From Vicinamibacterales bacterium (lineage in GTDB: Bacteria > Acidobacteriota > Vicinamibacteria > Vicinamibacterales > UBA2999), in assembly GCA_050249615.1 (NCBI GenBank), contig JBFWQE010000006.1, forward strand, positions 4,539 to 68,538: a stretch of 64,000 bases of DNA. Reading direction: 5' to 3'. Made by a program: the position numbers and the translations under genes. A model generated the notes under the pieces. The model was not told the DNA's origin and searched no databases. It saw only the letters and a program-made list of their open reading frames with translations. This document shows, piece by piece, positions 26,698-37,534 of the stretch. Numbering within the stretch: position 1 is the stretch's first letter; each line of letters begins with the position of its first letter.

Positions 26698-28797
26698 ATG
26701 TCCCTGCTCAACCCGTTCTCCCGATCGCGCTCCCGCCTGCCATGGCTCGCCGTCGTCGCCGCCGGCACTCTCCCCTGGCTGGCGTCCGCGCCATCCGCCC
26801 AGTCCCAGGCATCGGACCCGCGTGCCACGAGCGCACGCACGTATGAGTGGCCCAGCTGGGGCGGGGACGAGACCGGCAGCCGGTACGCGGCGCTCGATCA
26901 GATCAACGCGGAGAACTTCGGCAAGCTCCAGGTGCTGTGGCGGTGGAGCGCCGCGAACTTCGGGCCGGCGCCGGACTACATCTACCGCGCGACGCCGATC
27001 TACGTGAACGGCAAGCTGTACACGGTGGCGGGCACGCGGCGGACCGTGGCCTGCATCGATCCGCTCACCGGGGAGACGTTGTGGATCTTCCGGGAGAAGG
27101 AGAACCCGCGCTGGGCGCGATCCACGAGGCAGAACTACGGCAAGGGCGTCGCGTTTGCGCGCGTGGACGGGCGTCCGACCATCTACCTGATGACCCCGGG
27201 CTTCTACCTCTGGGCGCTCGACGCCGATACGGGCCAGCCGCTGCCGTTCTTCGGCAACAACGGCGTGGTGGACCTGGCGCTCGGCCTCGGGCCCTACTCG
27301 GTGGATCCGGATCACGGCGTGGCCGACTGGGGCGACATCACCAGCTCCTCGGCGCCCCTCGTGGTCAACGGCGTCGTGGTGGTCGGCAACTCGCACGATC
27401 GCGGGTACTACCCGGAGAACCGCGAGAACATCCCCGGCGTCGTCCGCGGCTACGACGCGAAGACGGGCCGCATGATGTGGCGGTTCAACCCGGTGCCGCG
27501 CCCCGGCGAGCCAAACAACGACACGTGGGAGGAGGGCTCCTGGGAATACACGGGCAACGTGTCGCCCTGGGCGCCCCTCAGCGCCGACTCGGAGCTCGGG
27601 CTGGTCTACGTGCCGACCGACACGCCCACCAACGACTACTACGGTGGAAGCCGGCCGGGAAAGAACGTCTACGGCACGAGCCTCCTCGCACTGGACGTGC
27701 AGACCGGCAAGCTGCGCTGGTACTACCAGTTCGTCCACCACGACGTGTGGAACATGGACATCCCGGACGCGCCGCACCTGATGGACGTGACCATCAAGGG
27801 GCAGCGCGTCCCCATCGTCGCGCAGGCCACGAAGCAGGGCTGGATCTACGTGCTCAATCGGGAGACGGGACAGCCCATCTGGCCCATCGAGGAGCGCGCC
27901 GTGCCGGCCTCCGACGTCCCGCGCGAGAAGCTGTGGCCCACGCAGCCATTCGTCACCTGGCCCGAGCCGTTCGAGCAGCAGGGCATGAGCGAGGACGACC
28001 TCATCGACTTCACGCCCGCCCTGAGGGCCGAGGCGCTCAAGACCGCAAAGCGCTACCGCATGGGTCCGATCTTCACGCCCCCCTCGCTCGAGAAGGCCGC
28101 GGACGGCACTGAAGGGGCATGGATGGTCCCCAGCTCCAACGGCGGCGCCAACATCCCCGGCGGCGCCGCCGTGGACCCCGAGACGGGGTGGTTCTACGTG
28201 GCCTCGCAGCACAGCTACGAGGTCATCGCCCTGGTCCCGGCGCAGGAGAAGTACCCGAACGGCAAGCCGTGGCCAGGGTGGGGCAGCCCGGACGGAAAGA
28301 TCACCTCGCTCTACGTCTCCACTTCGGTCGGCGCACGTGGGCCCACGGGCGGCCCCGACAACCGCGCCCTTCCGCTCGTCAAGCCGCCGTATGGCCGCAT
28401 CGTCGCCTACGACATGAACACCGGCGACAAGAAGTGGATGATCCCGAACGGCGAGACGCCGGAGTGGATTCGGAGCCACCCGGCGCTGAAGGGTGTGAAC
28501 ATCGGCAACACGGGGCAGAACGCGCACGCCAACCTGCTCGTCACCAAGACGCTGCTGATGTACGGGGAAGGCCGCGGCGCGGACAAGTACTTCCGCGCCG
28601 TCGACAAGGCCACGGGGAAGGAGATCGGCAAGGTCGAGATCCCGGCGCCGACCAACACCGCGCCGATGACCTTCATGCACGGCGGCCACCAGGTGATCGT
28701 GATGGCCGTGGCCAGCGCCACGGTGCCGGCGGAGCTCGTGGCAGTGGCGCTGCCGGCGGCCCGCCAGCGCCGCGCGCCGAACGCGGGCGCGCAATAG
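26698..28797 (+). CDS. PQQ-dependent (quinoprotein) dehydrogenase, secreted
   Basis: ATG at 26698 after GAGGAG, followed by a signal peptide. Repeated beta-propeller D-x-x-TG-x-x-x-W motifs are present (IDPLTGETLW, LDADTGQPLP, LDVQTGKLRW, NRETGQPIW, YDMNTGDKKW, VDKATGKEIG). No CxxCH haem motif is seen. Confidence 0.88.
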   Translation: MSLLNPFSRSRSRLPWLAVVAAGTLPWLASAPSAQSQASDPRATSARTYEWPSWGGDETGSRYAALDQINAENFGKLQVLWRWSAANFGPAPDYIYRATPIYVNGKLYTVAGTRRTVACIDPLTGETLWIFREKENPRWARSTRQNYGKGVAFARVDGRPTIYLMTPGFYLWALDADTGQPLPFFGNNGVVDLALGLGPYSVDPDHGVADWGDITSSSAPLVVNGVVVVGNSHDRGYYPENRENIPGVVRGYDAKTGRMMWRFNPVPRPGEPNNDTWEEGSWEYTGNVSPWAPLSADSELGLVYVPTDTPTNDYYGGSRPGKNVYGTSLLALDVQTGKLRWYYQFVHHDVWNMDIPDAPHLMDVTIKGQRVPIVAQATKQGWIYVLNRETGQPIWPIEERAVPASDVPREKLWPTQPFVTWPEPFEQQGMSEDDLIDFTPALRAEALKTAKRYRMGPIFTPPSLEKAADGTEGAWMVPSSNGGANIPGGAAVDPETGWFYVASQHSYEVIALVPAQEKYPNGKPWPGWGSPDGKITSLYVSTSVGARGPTGGPDNRALPLVKPPYGRIVAYDMNTGDKKWMIPNGETPEWIRSHPALKGVNIGNTGQNAHANLLVTKTLLMYGEGRGADKYFRAVDKATGKEIGKVEIPAPTNTAPMTFMHGGHQVIVMAVASATVPAELVAVALPAARQRRAPNAGAQ

Positions 28798-30156
28798 CTA
28801 TCCGCGGATGACGGCGAGCACCTCGTCGCGGCGCTTCTCCATGATTTCCGGGGTCGTCCCCTCGAGGTTGAGGCGGAGCAGCGGCTCGGTGTTCGACGCG
28901 CGCACGTTGAAGTGCCAGTCGTCGAACTCCACCGAGATCCCGTCGAGCTCGTACACGTGCCCGTGCGCGTACTCGCGCCTGAGTGCCGCGATCTTCTCCG
29001 GCACGACGTCCATGCTCGGCACCCTGGTGTTGATTTCACCCGAGATGAAGTAGCGCTCGCGCAGCGGCTTCAGGAGATCGCGCAGCGACAGCCCCTTCTT
29101 CGACATCAGCTCGAGGATGAGCAGCGCCGGGATGAAGCCGTTGTCCGCGTAGAAGTTGTCCCGGAAGTAGTAGTGCCCCGTGACCTCGCCGCCGAAGATG
29201 GCGTCTTCCTCGCGCATGCGGCGCTTGATGAAGGCGTGACCCACGCGGTTCATCAGGGCGCGGCCGCCGTACGCCGCCACGATGTCCTTCACCGCGTAGC
29301 TGGCACGGACGTCGTAGATGATCGTCGAGCCCGGGTGCTTCATCAGGAACGACTCGGCCAGGAGCGCGGTGATGAAGTCCCCCGCGATGAACTCGCCCGT
29401 GCCGTCCAGGAAGAAGCAGCGGTCGGCGTCGCCGTCCCAGGCAATCCCGGCATCGGCAGCCAGCTCGATGACCTTCGCAGTGATGTCCTGCCGGTTCTCC
29501 TCGATGAGCGGGTTGGCCTCGTGGTTCGGGAAGGTGCCGTCCACCTCGAAGCAGAGCCGCGTCGTCCGGCAGGGCAGCCGATCGAAGAGCGGCGGCGCCA
29601 CGAGCCCGGCAATGCCGCTGCCGGCGTCGAGGACGACGTTGAACGGCTTGATGATGGAGGCGTCGATGAAGCCCATCACGTGCGCGGTGTAGCGGTCCAG
29701 CACGTCGCGCTTCTCGATGGAGCCCGGCGTAGCGGGCGGGGCGGGAATGGCCCCGGCGAGGATCATCTCCTTCATCTCCTTGATGCCCGACTCGCCGCTC
29801 AGCGGAAACGCCTCCCGCTTCACCATCTTGCACCCGTTGTACTCGCCGGGGTTGTGCGACGCCGTGATCTGCGCGCCGCCGCCGAGGCCGTCCGCCGCCA
29901 CGGCGTAGTACAGCATGTCGGTGCCCATCAGCCCGTAGTCCACGACGTCGCCGCCCTGCAGGCGCGCGCCCTCGATGAACGCGCCGGCCAGTTCCGGCGA
30001 CGAGGTCCGCATGTCGCGCGAGACCGCATAGCGGCCGGGGCCGAGATAGGCCACGAACGCGCGGCCGAGCTGGTGGAACAGGTCTGCCGTGACCTCGGTC
30101 GGGTAGATGCCCCGGACGTCGTAGGCCTTGAAGACTGCAGGGTTGATCGGTGCCAT
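28798..30156 (-). CDS. Phosphomannomutase/phosphoglucomutase
   Basis: Active-site motif TASHNP, a metal loop DGDADR, and the N-terminal FKAYDVRG. Confidence 0.93.
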   Translation of the reverse strand: MAPINPAVFKAYDVRGIYPTEVTADLFHQLGRAFVAYLGPGRYAVSRDMRTSSPELAGAFIEGARLQGGDVVDYGLMGTDMLYYAVAADGLGGGAQITASHNPGEYNGCKMVKREAFPLSGESGIKEMKEMILAGAIPAPPATPGSIEKRDVLDRYTAHVMGFIDASIIKPFNVVLDAGSGIAGLVAPPLFDRLPCRTTRLCFEVDGTFPNHEANPLIEENRQDITAKVIELAADAGIAWDGDADRCFFLDGTGEFIAGDFITALLAESFLMKHPGSTIIYDVRASYAVKDIVAAYGGRALMNRVGHAFIKRRMREEDAIFGGEVTGHYYFRDNFYADNGFIPALLILELMSKKGLSLRDLLKPLRERYFISGEINTRVPSMDVVPEKIAALRREYAHGHVYELDGISVEFDDWHFNVRASNTEPLLRLNLEGTTPEIMEKRRDEVLAVIRG

Positions 30157-30163
30157 GGGTCCT

Positions 30164-31222
30164 TTACGTGTGCGTGTAGTCCGTCAGGGCCGTCTTGTCG
30201 CCGATGACCGACGGCCCGCTCAGCGTGACGTTGCGCCCGATGTGGCAGTTGCGGCCCACGATCGGGCCGTCCAGCACGGCATTGGGGCCGATCCGCGTGT
30301 TGGGCCAGACGATGACGTTCCGCAGCTCGGCGCCCTCCTCGAGGACCACGCCGCGGCCGACCACGGCGTACGGCCCGACGACCGCGCCGGGCTTGACGTG
30401 GGCGCCGGCATCCACGAAGCACGGCGCCGTCAGGGTCGCGCCTTCGTCGATACGGGCGTCCGGGGACACGATGGGCGCCGACCGATCCGCCGTGGCGAAC
30501 AGGCCGGCCGTGAACCGGCCGTCGAACATGTCCCGGTGGACCTGCACGTACTTCTCGGGCGTGCCGATATCGATCCAGTAGCCGTGGTCCACGTAGGCGA
30601 CGAACGTCTCGCCGCGCTCGGTAAGCGACGGGAAGTACCCGCGCTCGATGGAGTAGGCCACGTCCTTCGGGATGCGGTCGAACGTCTCCGGCTCGAGCAC
30701 GTAGATGCCCGCGTTAATCGTGTTGCACGTGATTTCGTCGGGCTTCGGCTTCTCGAGGAAGCGCCGCACGTGGCCCTCGCTGTCGGTCTCGACCAGGCCA
30801 TAGGCCGCGGGGTTCTCCACGGGCGTGAGCACGATGGTCGCGCGCGCGCCGGCCGCGCGGTGGCGCTCGACCACGGCATTGACGTCCACCGAGGTCATCA
30901 CGTCGCCGTTGAAGACGACGAGCGTGTCGGTGATGCCCTGCGCCGCGTAGCGGATGGCGCCGCCGGTGCCGAGCGGCGCCGGCTCGACGACGTAGCGGAG
31001 CCTGACGCCGGTGCCCTCGCCCTCACCGAACACCTCCTCGATGCGGCGCGGCTGGTAGTTGAGGCTCAGGATGATCTCGTCGATTTCCGGGACCTGCGTC
31101 AGGAGGTCGATCTGATAGTGAAGAAAGGCCCGGTCGAAGATGGGAACGACGGGCTTGGGCGTGTGGAGGGTCAGGGGGCGGAGGCGCGTCCCCTTGCCCC
31201 CGGCAAGCAAAATGGCCTTCAT
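30164..31222 (-). CDS. Mannose-1-phosphate guanylyltransferase-like NDP-sugar pyrophosphorylase
   Basis: Starts MKAILLAGGKGTRLRPLT at 31222. The C-terminus has left-handed beta-helix hexapeptide repeats. It lies adjacent to the phosphomannomutase gene. Confidence 0.88.
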   Translation of the reverse strand: MKAILLAGGKGTRLRPLTLHTPKPVVPIFDRAFLHYQIDLLTQVPEIDEIILSLNYQPRRIEEVFGEGEGTGVRLRYVVEPAPLGTGGAIRYAAQGITDTLVVFNGDVMTSVDVNAVVERHRAAGARATIVLTPVENPAAYGLVETDSEGHVRRFLEKPKPDEITCNTINAGIYVLEPETFDRIPKDVAYSIERGYFPSLTERGETFVAYVDHGYWIDIGTPEKYVQVHRDMFDGRFTAGLFATADRSAPIVSPDARIDEGATLTAPCFVDAGAHVKPGAVVGPYAVVGRGVVLEEGAELRNVIVWPNTRIGPNAVLDGPIVGRNCHIGRNVTLSGPSVIGDKTALTDYTHT

Positions 31223-31256
31223 GACAAACTTCCATCTTACACGAGCGGACGGTAGA

Positions 31257-31910
31257 ATGGCCGCGAGCCGGATGAACCTGCCGAACAGCCTCACCATCGC
31301 GCGAATCTTCCTCGTGCCGCTGCTCGTGTCGGTGCTCCTGACCAAGTTCGAGGGGCGCCTCGTCGTCGGCCTGCCGGTCGAGCTGGTCGCCGCTGCCATC
31401 TTCGGCCTGGCCTCGCTGACCGACTGGCTGGACGGGTATCTCGCCCGGCGGCGGCAGCAGGTCACGTGGCTCGGGCAGATCCTGGATCCGCTGGCCGACA
31501 AGCTCCTCATTTCGGCCACCCTCATCTCCATCGTCCAGCTGGGCCTGGCGCCCGCGTGGATGGTGGCAGTCATCATCGGGCGCGAGTTCGCGGTGACGGG
31601 GCTGCGCAGCATCGCCTACTCGCGCGGCCTGGCGATGCCGGCGTCGAACCTCGGCAAGCTGAAGATGGCGTCGCAGGTCGTGGCGATCCTGTTGCTGATC
31701 CTCGGGTGGGAGCGGGTGCCGGCGCTGTTGCTGCTCGGGCAGGCCGCGCTGTGGGTGGTGCTCGCCACGGCGCTGTGGTCGGCCGTGGACTACTATCGCC
31801 GCTTCCACCAGGCGTTCTCGCGAACCGCGAAAGTCACCGACATCGCGGAAGCGCGCGCTGCGCGCCGCACCGAGTACGGCGCGCAGCCGGAACGCAAGGC
31901 GGCGCGCTGA
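31257..31910 (+). CDS. pgsA: CDP-diacylglycerol--glycerol-3-phosphate 3-phosphatidyltransferase
   Basis: CDP-alcohol phosphotransferase motif DWLDGYLARRRQQVTWLGQILDPLADK. An alternative start is ATG 31272 (MNLPN). Confidence 0.88.
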   Translation: MAASRMNLPNSLTIARIFLVPLLVSVLLTKFEGRLVVGLPVELVAAAIFGLASLTDWLDGYLARRRQQVTWLGQILDPLADKLLISATLISIVQLGLAPAWMVAVIIGREFAVTGLRSIAYSRGLAMPASNLGKLKMASQVVAILLLILGWERVPALLLLGQAALWVVLATALWSAVDYYRRFHQAFSRTAKVTDIAEARAARRTEYGAQPERKAAR

Positions 31911-31917
31911 GGCCCGT

Positions 31918-32703
31918 TCAGGGCCGCGCCGGGCCGGCGCCGACCGGGACGGCCACGTCACCGGACCGCACGCCGTCGACCACGCGAACCACCACCGCCT
32001 TCGAGATCGCCTCGCTCACCTCGACCACCACCGCGTCGGCAACGGCCACGAGCGGCAGGCGGAGGCCCTGCCCGGGATCGCGGTAGATGGCGAACCGCGC
32101 CCCGGGGGTGACGCCGTGGCTGGACCCGCGGTTGATGGTCAGGATGTCGCCGTCCCCGAACGACTTGCGCTGGTCGAGGCCGATCAGCACGAGCGCACGG
32201 TCGTCGAAGTTCGGCGTGCCGCCGGCCTCCGTCGGTGTGGGCAGCGTCGGCAGGGCCACCGGCTCGAGGTAGTCCCCGACCTGCACCGTGTCGCATGCGC
32301 TCTCCACCCGGGCGAGGGCAAAGCGCTCGTCCACGGCGAACACCGTGAGCACGCCAGCCGTGTGGACCGAGTCGTAGTCGCTGCGGATGTCGTCGTACGG
32401 GCCGCGCCGGTGGATGAGGGTCTCGTGCGGGCGGAGCACCCGCCGGGCCATGAACCGATCGCCCACCTTGATGCCATCGCCCGTTCCGGCCCGCACCACG
32501 GCGACGTCTCCGATGCCGAGGGCCTGCCGGCCATCGGGGTGCTGGGCGCCCTCGATGGTCAGCGTGATGCCGGGGAGCGCCGTGACGGGCATATCCGCGC
32601 ACAGGACGTGCATCGGCAGCAGCGTGCGCGGGCCGAGGGCCTGGCCGGCGACGGTGGAAGGCATGGCCATCCCCGCGATGGCCACGGCAAGCACGTAACG
32701 CAT
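31918..32703 (-). CDS. Hypothetical secreted protein
   Basis: Signal peptide AIAGMAMPSTVAGQA. Good GC3 bias. It is the last gene of the long minus-strand cluster after bamD. I recognise no motif. Confidence 0.6.
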   Translation of the reverse strand: MRYVLAVAIAGMAMPSTVAGQALGPRTLLPMHVLCADMPVTALPGITLTIEGAQHPDGRQALGIGDVAVVRAGTGDGIKVGDRFMARRVLRPHETLIHRRGPYDDIRSDYDSVHTAGVLTVFAVDERFALARVESACDTVQVGDYLEPVALPTLPTPTEAGGTPNFDDRALVLIGLDQRKSFGDGDILTINRGSSHGVTPGARFAIYRDPGQGLRLPLVAVADAVVVEVSEAISKAVVVRVVDGVRSGDVAVPVGAGPARP

Positions 32704-32708
32704 ACGAC

Positions 32709-33497
32709 CTACTTTCCGGCGGGTGTCCCGCCCTTTAGCTCCGCGATGCGCTTCTGCGCCTCGAGCAGGTACTCGCTCTGTTCGAATTCGCTGACGAGCC
32801 GTTCATAGTAGGGGAGCGCTTCCGGCTTCTTATCCGTACGGTACAAGGCTTCTGCGAGGTGATAATACACCGCGTCGCGGCCCGTGTAACCGGGGTCGGT
32901 TTTCAAAACTTCACGAAATCTGTCGATCGCGCCGGGATACCACCGCGCGCGGAAGTAGAAGAAGCCCACGCGAAAGCCGGCCTCGCTCAGCCGGTCGCGG
33001 GCTTCCCGCTCCAGGGCGCGGGCCTCGGGCATCAGCTTGCTGTTCGGGTAGCGCTGGAGGAAGACCTCGATCTCCTTGATGGCATCCCGCGTGGCCGACT
33101 GATCGCGCTCCGGGGCCAGCATCTGGCCCGCGTACGATCGCGCCAGTTGCAGTTGTGCGTAATCGGCGCGGGGGTGGGTGGGATAGAACGTCTGGAACTC
33201 GCGAAACTCGTTGGCGGCGAGCAGCAGGTTCTCGATGCCCTTCTGGGTCAGGTACGTGTCACCCAGCGCCAGCTTGGCGTCCGGCCGGAACGGGCTCTGG
33301 GGGTAGTTGTCCACGATGTTGCGGAAGTACTCCCGCGCGTCGGTCCACTTCCCGTCCTTGAAGGCGGCCTGGCCGCGCTCGAAGAGGAACTTGTCGGCTT
33401 CCGCCGTGCCCGGCGGCAGCTGGGTTGGACTCTTGGCGCACGATGCAGCGCCCGTCAACAGCACGGCCAGCAGAAGGGCCTTGCACCCGTAACTCAT
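32709..33497 (-). CDS. bamD: Outer membrane protein assembly factor BamD (lipoprotein, TPR-like)
   Basis: Lipobox LTGAASC. BamD/YfiO-like repeats are present (FRNIVDNYPQSPFRPDAKLALGDTY, FLQRYPNSKLMPEA, VLKTDPGYTGRDAVYY). Confidence 0.85.
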   Translation of the reverse strand: MSYGCKALLLAVLLTGAASCAKSPTQLPPGTAEADKFLFERGQAAFKDGKWTDAREYFRNIVDNYPQSPFRPDAKLALGDTYLTQKGIENLLLAANEFREFQTFYPTHPRADYAQLQLARSYAGQMLAPERDQSATRDAIKEIEVFLQRYPNSKLMPEARALEREARDRLSEAGFRVGFFYFRARWYPGAIDRFREVLKTDPGYTGRDAVYYHLAEALYRTDKKPEALPYYERLVSEFEQSEYLLEAQKRIAELKGGTPAGK

Positions 33498-34435
33498 GCT
33501 CTCGTCGCTTCCATCCAGCGGTACATGGCCCGCAGGCCGTCCTCGAGGTTGACGGAGGGCTGGAACCCGAGGTCGGTCCGCGCCAGCGTGGTGTCGGCGT
33601 AGGTGTCGCGCATGTCGCCCTTCTGGGGCGGCTGCCGGTCCACCCTGACCTCGCGGCCGGTCACCTTCGCCAGCAGATCGAACACCTCGACCAGCGACAC
33701 CCGCGACCCGCCTCCAATATTGTAGACGCGCCCCGGCACCCCGCGGACTGCCGCGGTCGCGGTCGCCCAGGCGGCATCGGCGACGTACGTGAAATCGCGC
33801 GTCTGCAGGCCGTCGCCGTACTGCACGATCGGGCGGCCGTCGAGAATCGCCGAGAAGAAGCGGTTGAAGCCCATGTCGGGGCGCTGCCTCGGCCCGTACA
33901 CCGTGAAGTAGCGCAGCGAGACGGCCGGCACGCCGTGGTTGACGTGATAGAGGTAGCAGAGCTGCTCGGCCGCCAGCTTCGTCACACCGTACGGCGAGAC
34001 CGGGTGGAGCGGCACCTCTTCCTGCATCGGCAGCTGGACGTGATCGCCGTATACCGAGGAACTCGACGCGTAGACCACGCGCTCGAGGGGGCGGTCCACG
34101 CAGGCCTCGAGCAGGATCTGCGTCGCGTCGACATTGAGCGCGGTGTAGATCTGGAACTCGCGCCCCCAGCTTTTGCGCACGCCCGCCTGCGCCGCCAGGT
34201 GGAAGACGTGCGTCACGCCATCGAGCAGCGCCGGCAGGTCGGCGTCGGCAATCGACGACTCCACCAGCCGGTAGCCCGGCCGCCCACGCAGCCCGGCGAT
34301 GTTGGCGTCCTTGATCTTCCGCGGATAGTAGTCGGTGAAGCAGTCGATGGCCGTCACCTCGGCGCCCTGATCGAGCAGCCGCTCGCTCAGGTGCGATCCG
34401 ATGAAGCCCGCCCCACCGGTGACCAGTGCTCTCAC
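33494..34435 (-). CDS. NAD-dependent sugar epimerase/dehydratase (SDR, extended)
   Basis: GTG at 34435 after AAGGAG and overlapping the upstream stop (GTGA). Motifs are VTGGAGFIGSHL and the catalytic YGVTK. Confidence 0.88.
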   Translation of the reverse strand: MRALVTGGAGFIGSHLSERLLDQGAEVTAIDCFTDYYPRKIKDANIAGLRGRPGYRLVESSIADADLPALLDGVTHVFHLAAQAGVRKSWGREFQIYTALNVDATQILLEACVDRPLERVVYASSSSVYGDHVQLPMQEEVPLHPVSPYGVTKLAAEQLCYLYHVNHGVPAVSLRYFTVYGPRQRPDMGFNRFFSAILDGRPIVQYGDGLQTRDFTYVADAAWATATAAVRGVPGRVYNIGGGSRVSLVEVFDLLAKVTGREVRVDRQPPQKGDMRDTYADTTLARTDLGFQPSVNLEDGLRAMYRWMEATRA

Positions 34436-34854
34436 GTCAGTAACTCCTTCACTCGCGCCGGCAGCCGCACCGGGCGGCCGGCCCGATTGAGCGTCGCGTG
34501 CGTGGTCTGGCCCGTGGCCACCACCACGCCGTCGGCCCGCCTCACGACCTCGTAGTCGAATGCCAGGCGCACGGGCGATACCAGCCGCCCCGTCGTTCGA
34601 ATCTCCAGCTCGTCGTCGTACCGCGCGCCGGTCCTGTACTCGCAGCGCGCTTCGATGACCGGCAGGGTCAGGCCCTCGTCCTCCATCGCGCGATAGGTCC
34701 ATCCGGTTTCGCGCAGCCACTCGGTGCGCCCGACCTCGAACCACACGAGGTAGTTCGCGTAGTAGACCACCCCCATCTGGTCCGTCTCGGCGTAGCGGAC
34801 GCGCACGACCGGGCACGACACGCGCGGCTGGGACGCGGGACGGGCGCTCGTCAC
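34432..34854 (-). CDS. YbgC/4HBT-family acyl-CoA thioesterase
   Basis: 140 aa hotdog fold with [24 protein letters not shown]. Confidence 0.85.
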   Translation of the reverse strand: MTSARPASQPRVSCPVVRVRYAETDQMGVVYYANYLVWFEVGRTEWLRETGWTYRAMEDEGLTLPVIEARCEYRTGARYDDELEIRTTGRLVSPVRLAFDYEVVRRADGVVVATGQTTHATLNRAGRPVRLPARVKELLT

Positions 34855-35510
34855 CGGCTCGCGGCCTCGCGAAGCGCGCGCACGGCGCCCGTCGGGTCAC
34901 CTCCGCCGAACACCGCCTGCCCGGCGACGAGGATGCGGGCGCCAGCCTTCACCACGGCGGCGATGGTCTGGAGATCCACGCCGCCATCCACCTCGACGGG
35001 CGCAGCGTTGCCGGCGCGATCCAGCAGAGCCCGCACGCGCCGGATCTTGTCCAGGCTGGCCGGGATGAAGCTCTGGCCGCCGAAGCCCGGGTTCACCGAC
35101 ATCACCAGCACGAAGTCCACGTCCGCCGCCACCTCTTCGATCGCGGTCACGGGCGTGGACGGGTTCAGCACGACACCCGCTTTCGCGCCCAGAGCCTTGA
35201 TGGCGCCAATCGTGCGATGCAGGTGCGGCAGTACCTCCACGTGCACCGACAGCATCGACGCACCCGCATTCACGAATGCCTCGAGATAGCGATCCGGATC
35301 GCTGATCATCAGGTGCACGTCGAGCGGCAGCGCCGTAGCGCGCTTCACCGCGCGCACGACGGGCGGGCCGATCGTGATGTTCGGCACGAAGTGCCCGTCC
35401 ATCACGTCAACGTGGATCAAATCCGCACCGCCCGCTTCGGCGGCCGCGATGTCACGGGCCAGGTGACCGAAGTCGGCTGACAGTATGGAGGGGGCCAGCT
35501 GGACGATCAC
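34851..35510 (-). CDS. rpe: Ribulose-phosphate 3-epimerase
   Basis: Motifs are [22 protein letters not shown] and [13 protein letters not shown]. Confidence 0.95.
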   Translation of the reverse strand: MIVQLAPSILSADFGHLARDIAAAEAGGADLIHVDVMDGHFVPNITIGPPVVRAVKRATALPLDVHLMISDPDRYLEAFVNAGASMLSVHVEVLPHLHRTIGAIKALGAKAGVVLNPSTPVTAIEEVAADVDFVLVMSVNPGFGGQSFIPASLDKIRRVRALLDRAGNAAPVEVDGGVDLQTIAAVVKAGARILVAGQAVFGGGDPTGAVRALREAASR

Positions 35511-36238
35511 CGGCTCACCTCGAGGGCGATGGCGTCGCCGGGGTGCACCTGGTATCCCCCGGCAGGCGCCTGCCGGGTCACGACGCCCGGGGGAAGCCCC
35601 GTGGCGACGGACTGTGCCGTGATGGATACCCGGAACCCATGGCCGCGAAGGACATCGGCAGCGCGCTCGCCGTTCACGCCGATGAGGTCGGGCATCACGT
35701 AGGACGCGCGATCCTCGCCGCGGTTGACCAGGAGGCGCACTTCGGCCGTTTCCACGCCGGGCTGGGGATCCTGCGCGACGACCACGTCGGGAGGGTAGAG
35801 GGCGGACCGGATCTCGGCCACCGGCCCGGGCTGCAGGCCCTCCTGGACGATCCGGATCTCCGCCGCGCGTTGTGATTCGCCGACCAGGGCCGGCGCCCGC
35901 GCAATCCGCGGGCCGGCGCTCAGCCAGACCCGCACGGACCGTTGCCGCCGCGAGAGCGAGCCGGCGGGGGGTTCCTGGCCGAGCACGTAGCCCGCTGGCA
36001 CTTTCAGATCGGGCCGGCGGGTCTCATCCACGGTGAGCTGCAGGTCGAGGTTGGCGGCCACGGCCGTCGCATCGTTGAGATCGCGCCCGACGAGGTTGGG
36101 CACCGCCACATCCCGGGCGCGAACCGCGACGCGCGCGGCCATCATCGCGAAGGCGACGAAGGTGGCCGACAGGGCGCCCACGAGCAGCAGGAGCTTTCCT
36201 GCCGTCCATACTCTCGCCGAGATGGCCATCGGTAACAC
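35507..36238 (-). CDS. PASTA-domain membrane protein (three PASTA repeats)
   Basis: N-terminal TM anchor followed by three repeats of about 65 aa, each starting VPNLVG / APALVG / MPDLIG. Confidence 0.8.
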   Translation of the reverse strand: MLPMAISARVWTAGKLLLLVGALSATFVAFAMMAARVAVRARDVAVPNLVGRDLNDATAVAANLDLQLTVDETRRPDLKVPAGYVLGQEPPAGSLSRRQRSVRVWLSAGPRIARAPALVGESQRAAEIRIVQEGLQPGPVAEIRSALYPPDVVVAQDPQPGVETAEVRLLVNRGEDRASYVMPDLIGVNGERAADVLRGHGFRVSITAQSVATGLPPGVVTRQAPAGGYQVHPGDAIALEVSR

Positions 36239-36247
36239 GCCATGGTA

Positions 36248-37534
36248 CTACAGCTTGCGGGCGATCACGGCCCCGTAGAACGCCTCGAGGCCGTCGTCGG
36301 GCGGCGTCGTGTGGTGCTCGCGCCGGAGCACGTAGTCCGTGGCGTCGGCCAGAAACGCCCGGACGACCGCCTCGTTCTCGTCCGGCTCGCTGGAGCACGT
36401 CGCGTAGATCAGCTCGCCCCCCGGGCGCACCAGTGGCGCCGCGCGGTGCAGGAGCGTGAGCTGGTTGGCGGCCAGGTGCACCAGGTCCGCCTCCTGTCGG
36501 CGCCATCGGATGTCGGGGTCGCGCCTGATCGTCCCCAGGCCGGAGCACGGCGCGTCGATGAACACGAAATCGAAGGCGTCAGCGGTGAACGGCAGGCGGC
36601 CGCTCGCCGGGATGTGAACCACGGGCACCTCGGCGTAACCCGTGCGCGCGAGGGTCGCCTTCAGGAGTCGGACACGACGCGGGCGCACGTCGCAGGCCAC
36701 CACGCATCCTGTCGGGCCAACGCGTGCCAGCAGCGCCACCGTCTTTCCGCCCGGCGCCGCACACAGGTCCAGTGCACGCTGGCCTGCGCCCAGGTCCCCC
36801 AGCCCGGCCACCAGCTGCGACGCCTCGTCCTGGACCACGAACCAGCCCTCGCGAAACGCCGCGGTCCCCAGTGCCGCACCTCGGACCACGACGAGGCCAT
36901 GCGGGGCGCGGGACGTGGGCACGGTGTCGATTCCTTCAGCCGCGAGCCGGGCCGCGAGCTCCTCGCGCGTGGCCTTCAGGCGGTTCGTCGCGAGGCACAG
37001 CCGCGGCGACTCGTTGTTGAACGCGAGCCAGGCGCGCGTGCGCGCGGGTCCGTGCCGCTGGAGCCACCGCGAGACCAGCCACTCCGGATGCGAATGGCGA
37101 GTCGCAAGGGCGTGCGCTTCGGGTCCCTCGGGCCACGAGAGCTGCCCGCGATCCCGGGCCAGTGCCCGCAGCACCGCGTTCACCAGGCCGGCGGCGCTCG
37201 TCTTGCCGGCACGCCGCGTGAGGGACACCGCATCATCCACGACCGCGGAGGGCGGCAGGCGATCGAGGTACATCAGCTGGAAGGCCCCCATCCTGAGCGC
37301 CGTCCGAACCTCGTCGTCCAGGGCCGCGAGCGGTCGAGACGTCCTCGAGCCGAGCTGATAGTCCAGCGCGAGCCGCATGCGCACCGTGCCTGTGGCGAGC
37401 TCGGTGAGCAGGGTCTGATCGCGGGGATCGTGCAGGGCGTGACGTGCGGTGGCGATGGCGGCGGGCAGGTCGGTGCCCTTCACCTCGTGGGCCAGCAGGG
37501 CGCCATAGGCCGCCCGGCGGGCAGGGGCAATCAT
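36248..37534 (-). CDS. rsmB: 16S rRNA (cytosine967-C5)-methyltransferase
   Basis: Starts MIAPARR at 37534 (ATGA overlap with fmt). N-terminal NusB-like domain, then DLCAAPGGKT, IDAPCSGLGT and YATCS. Confidence 0.9.
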   Translation of the reverse strand: MIAPARRAAYGALLAHEVKGTDLPAAIATARHALHDPRDQTLLTELATGTVRMRLALDYQLGSRTSRPLAALDDEVRTALRMGAFQLMYLDRLPPSAVVDDAVSLTRRAGKTSAAGLVNAVLRALARDRGQLSWPEGPEAHALATRHSHPEWLVSRWLQRHGPARTRAWLAFNNESPRLCLATNRLKATREELAARLAAEGIDTVPTSRAPHGLVVVRGAALGTAAFREGWFVVQDEASQLVAGLGDLGAGQRALDLCAAPGGKTVALLARVGPTGCVVACDVRPRRVRLLKATLARTGYAEVPVVHIPASGRLPFTADAFDFVFIDAPCSGLGTIRRDPDIRWRRQEADLVHLAANQLTLLHRAAPLVRPGGELIYATCSSEPDENEAVVRAFLADATDYVLRREHHTTPPDDGLEAFYGAVIARKL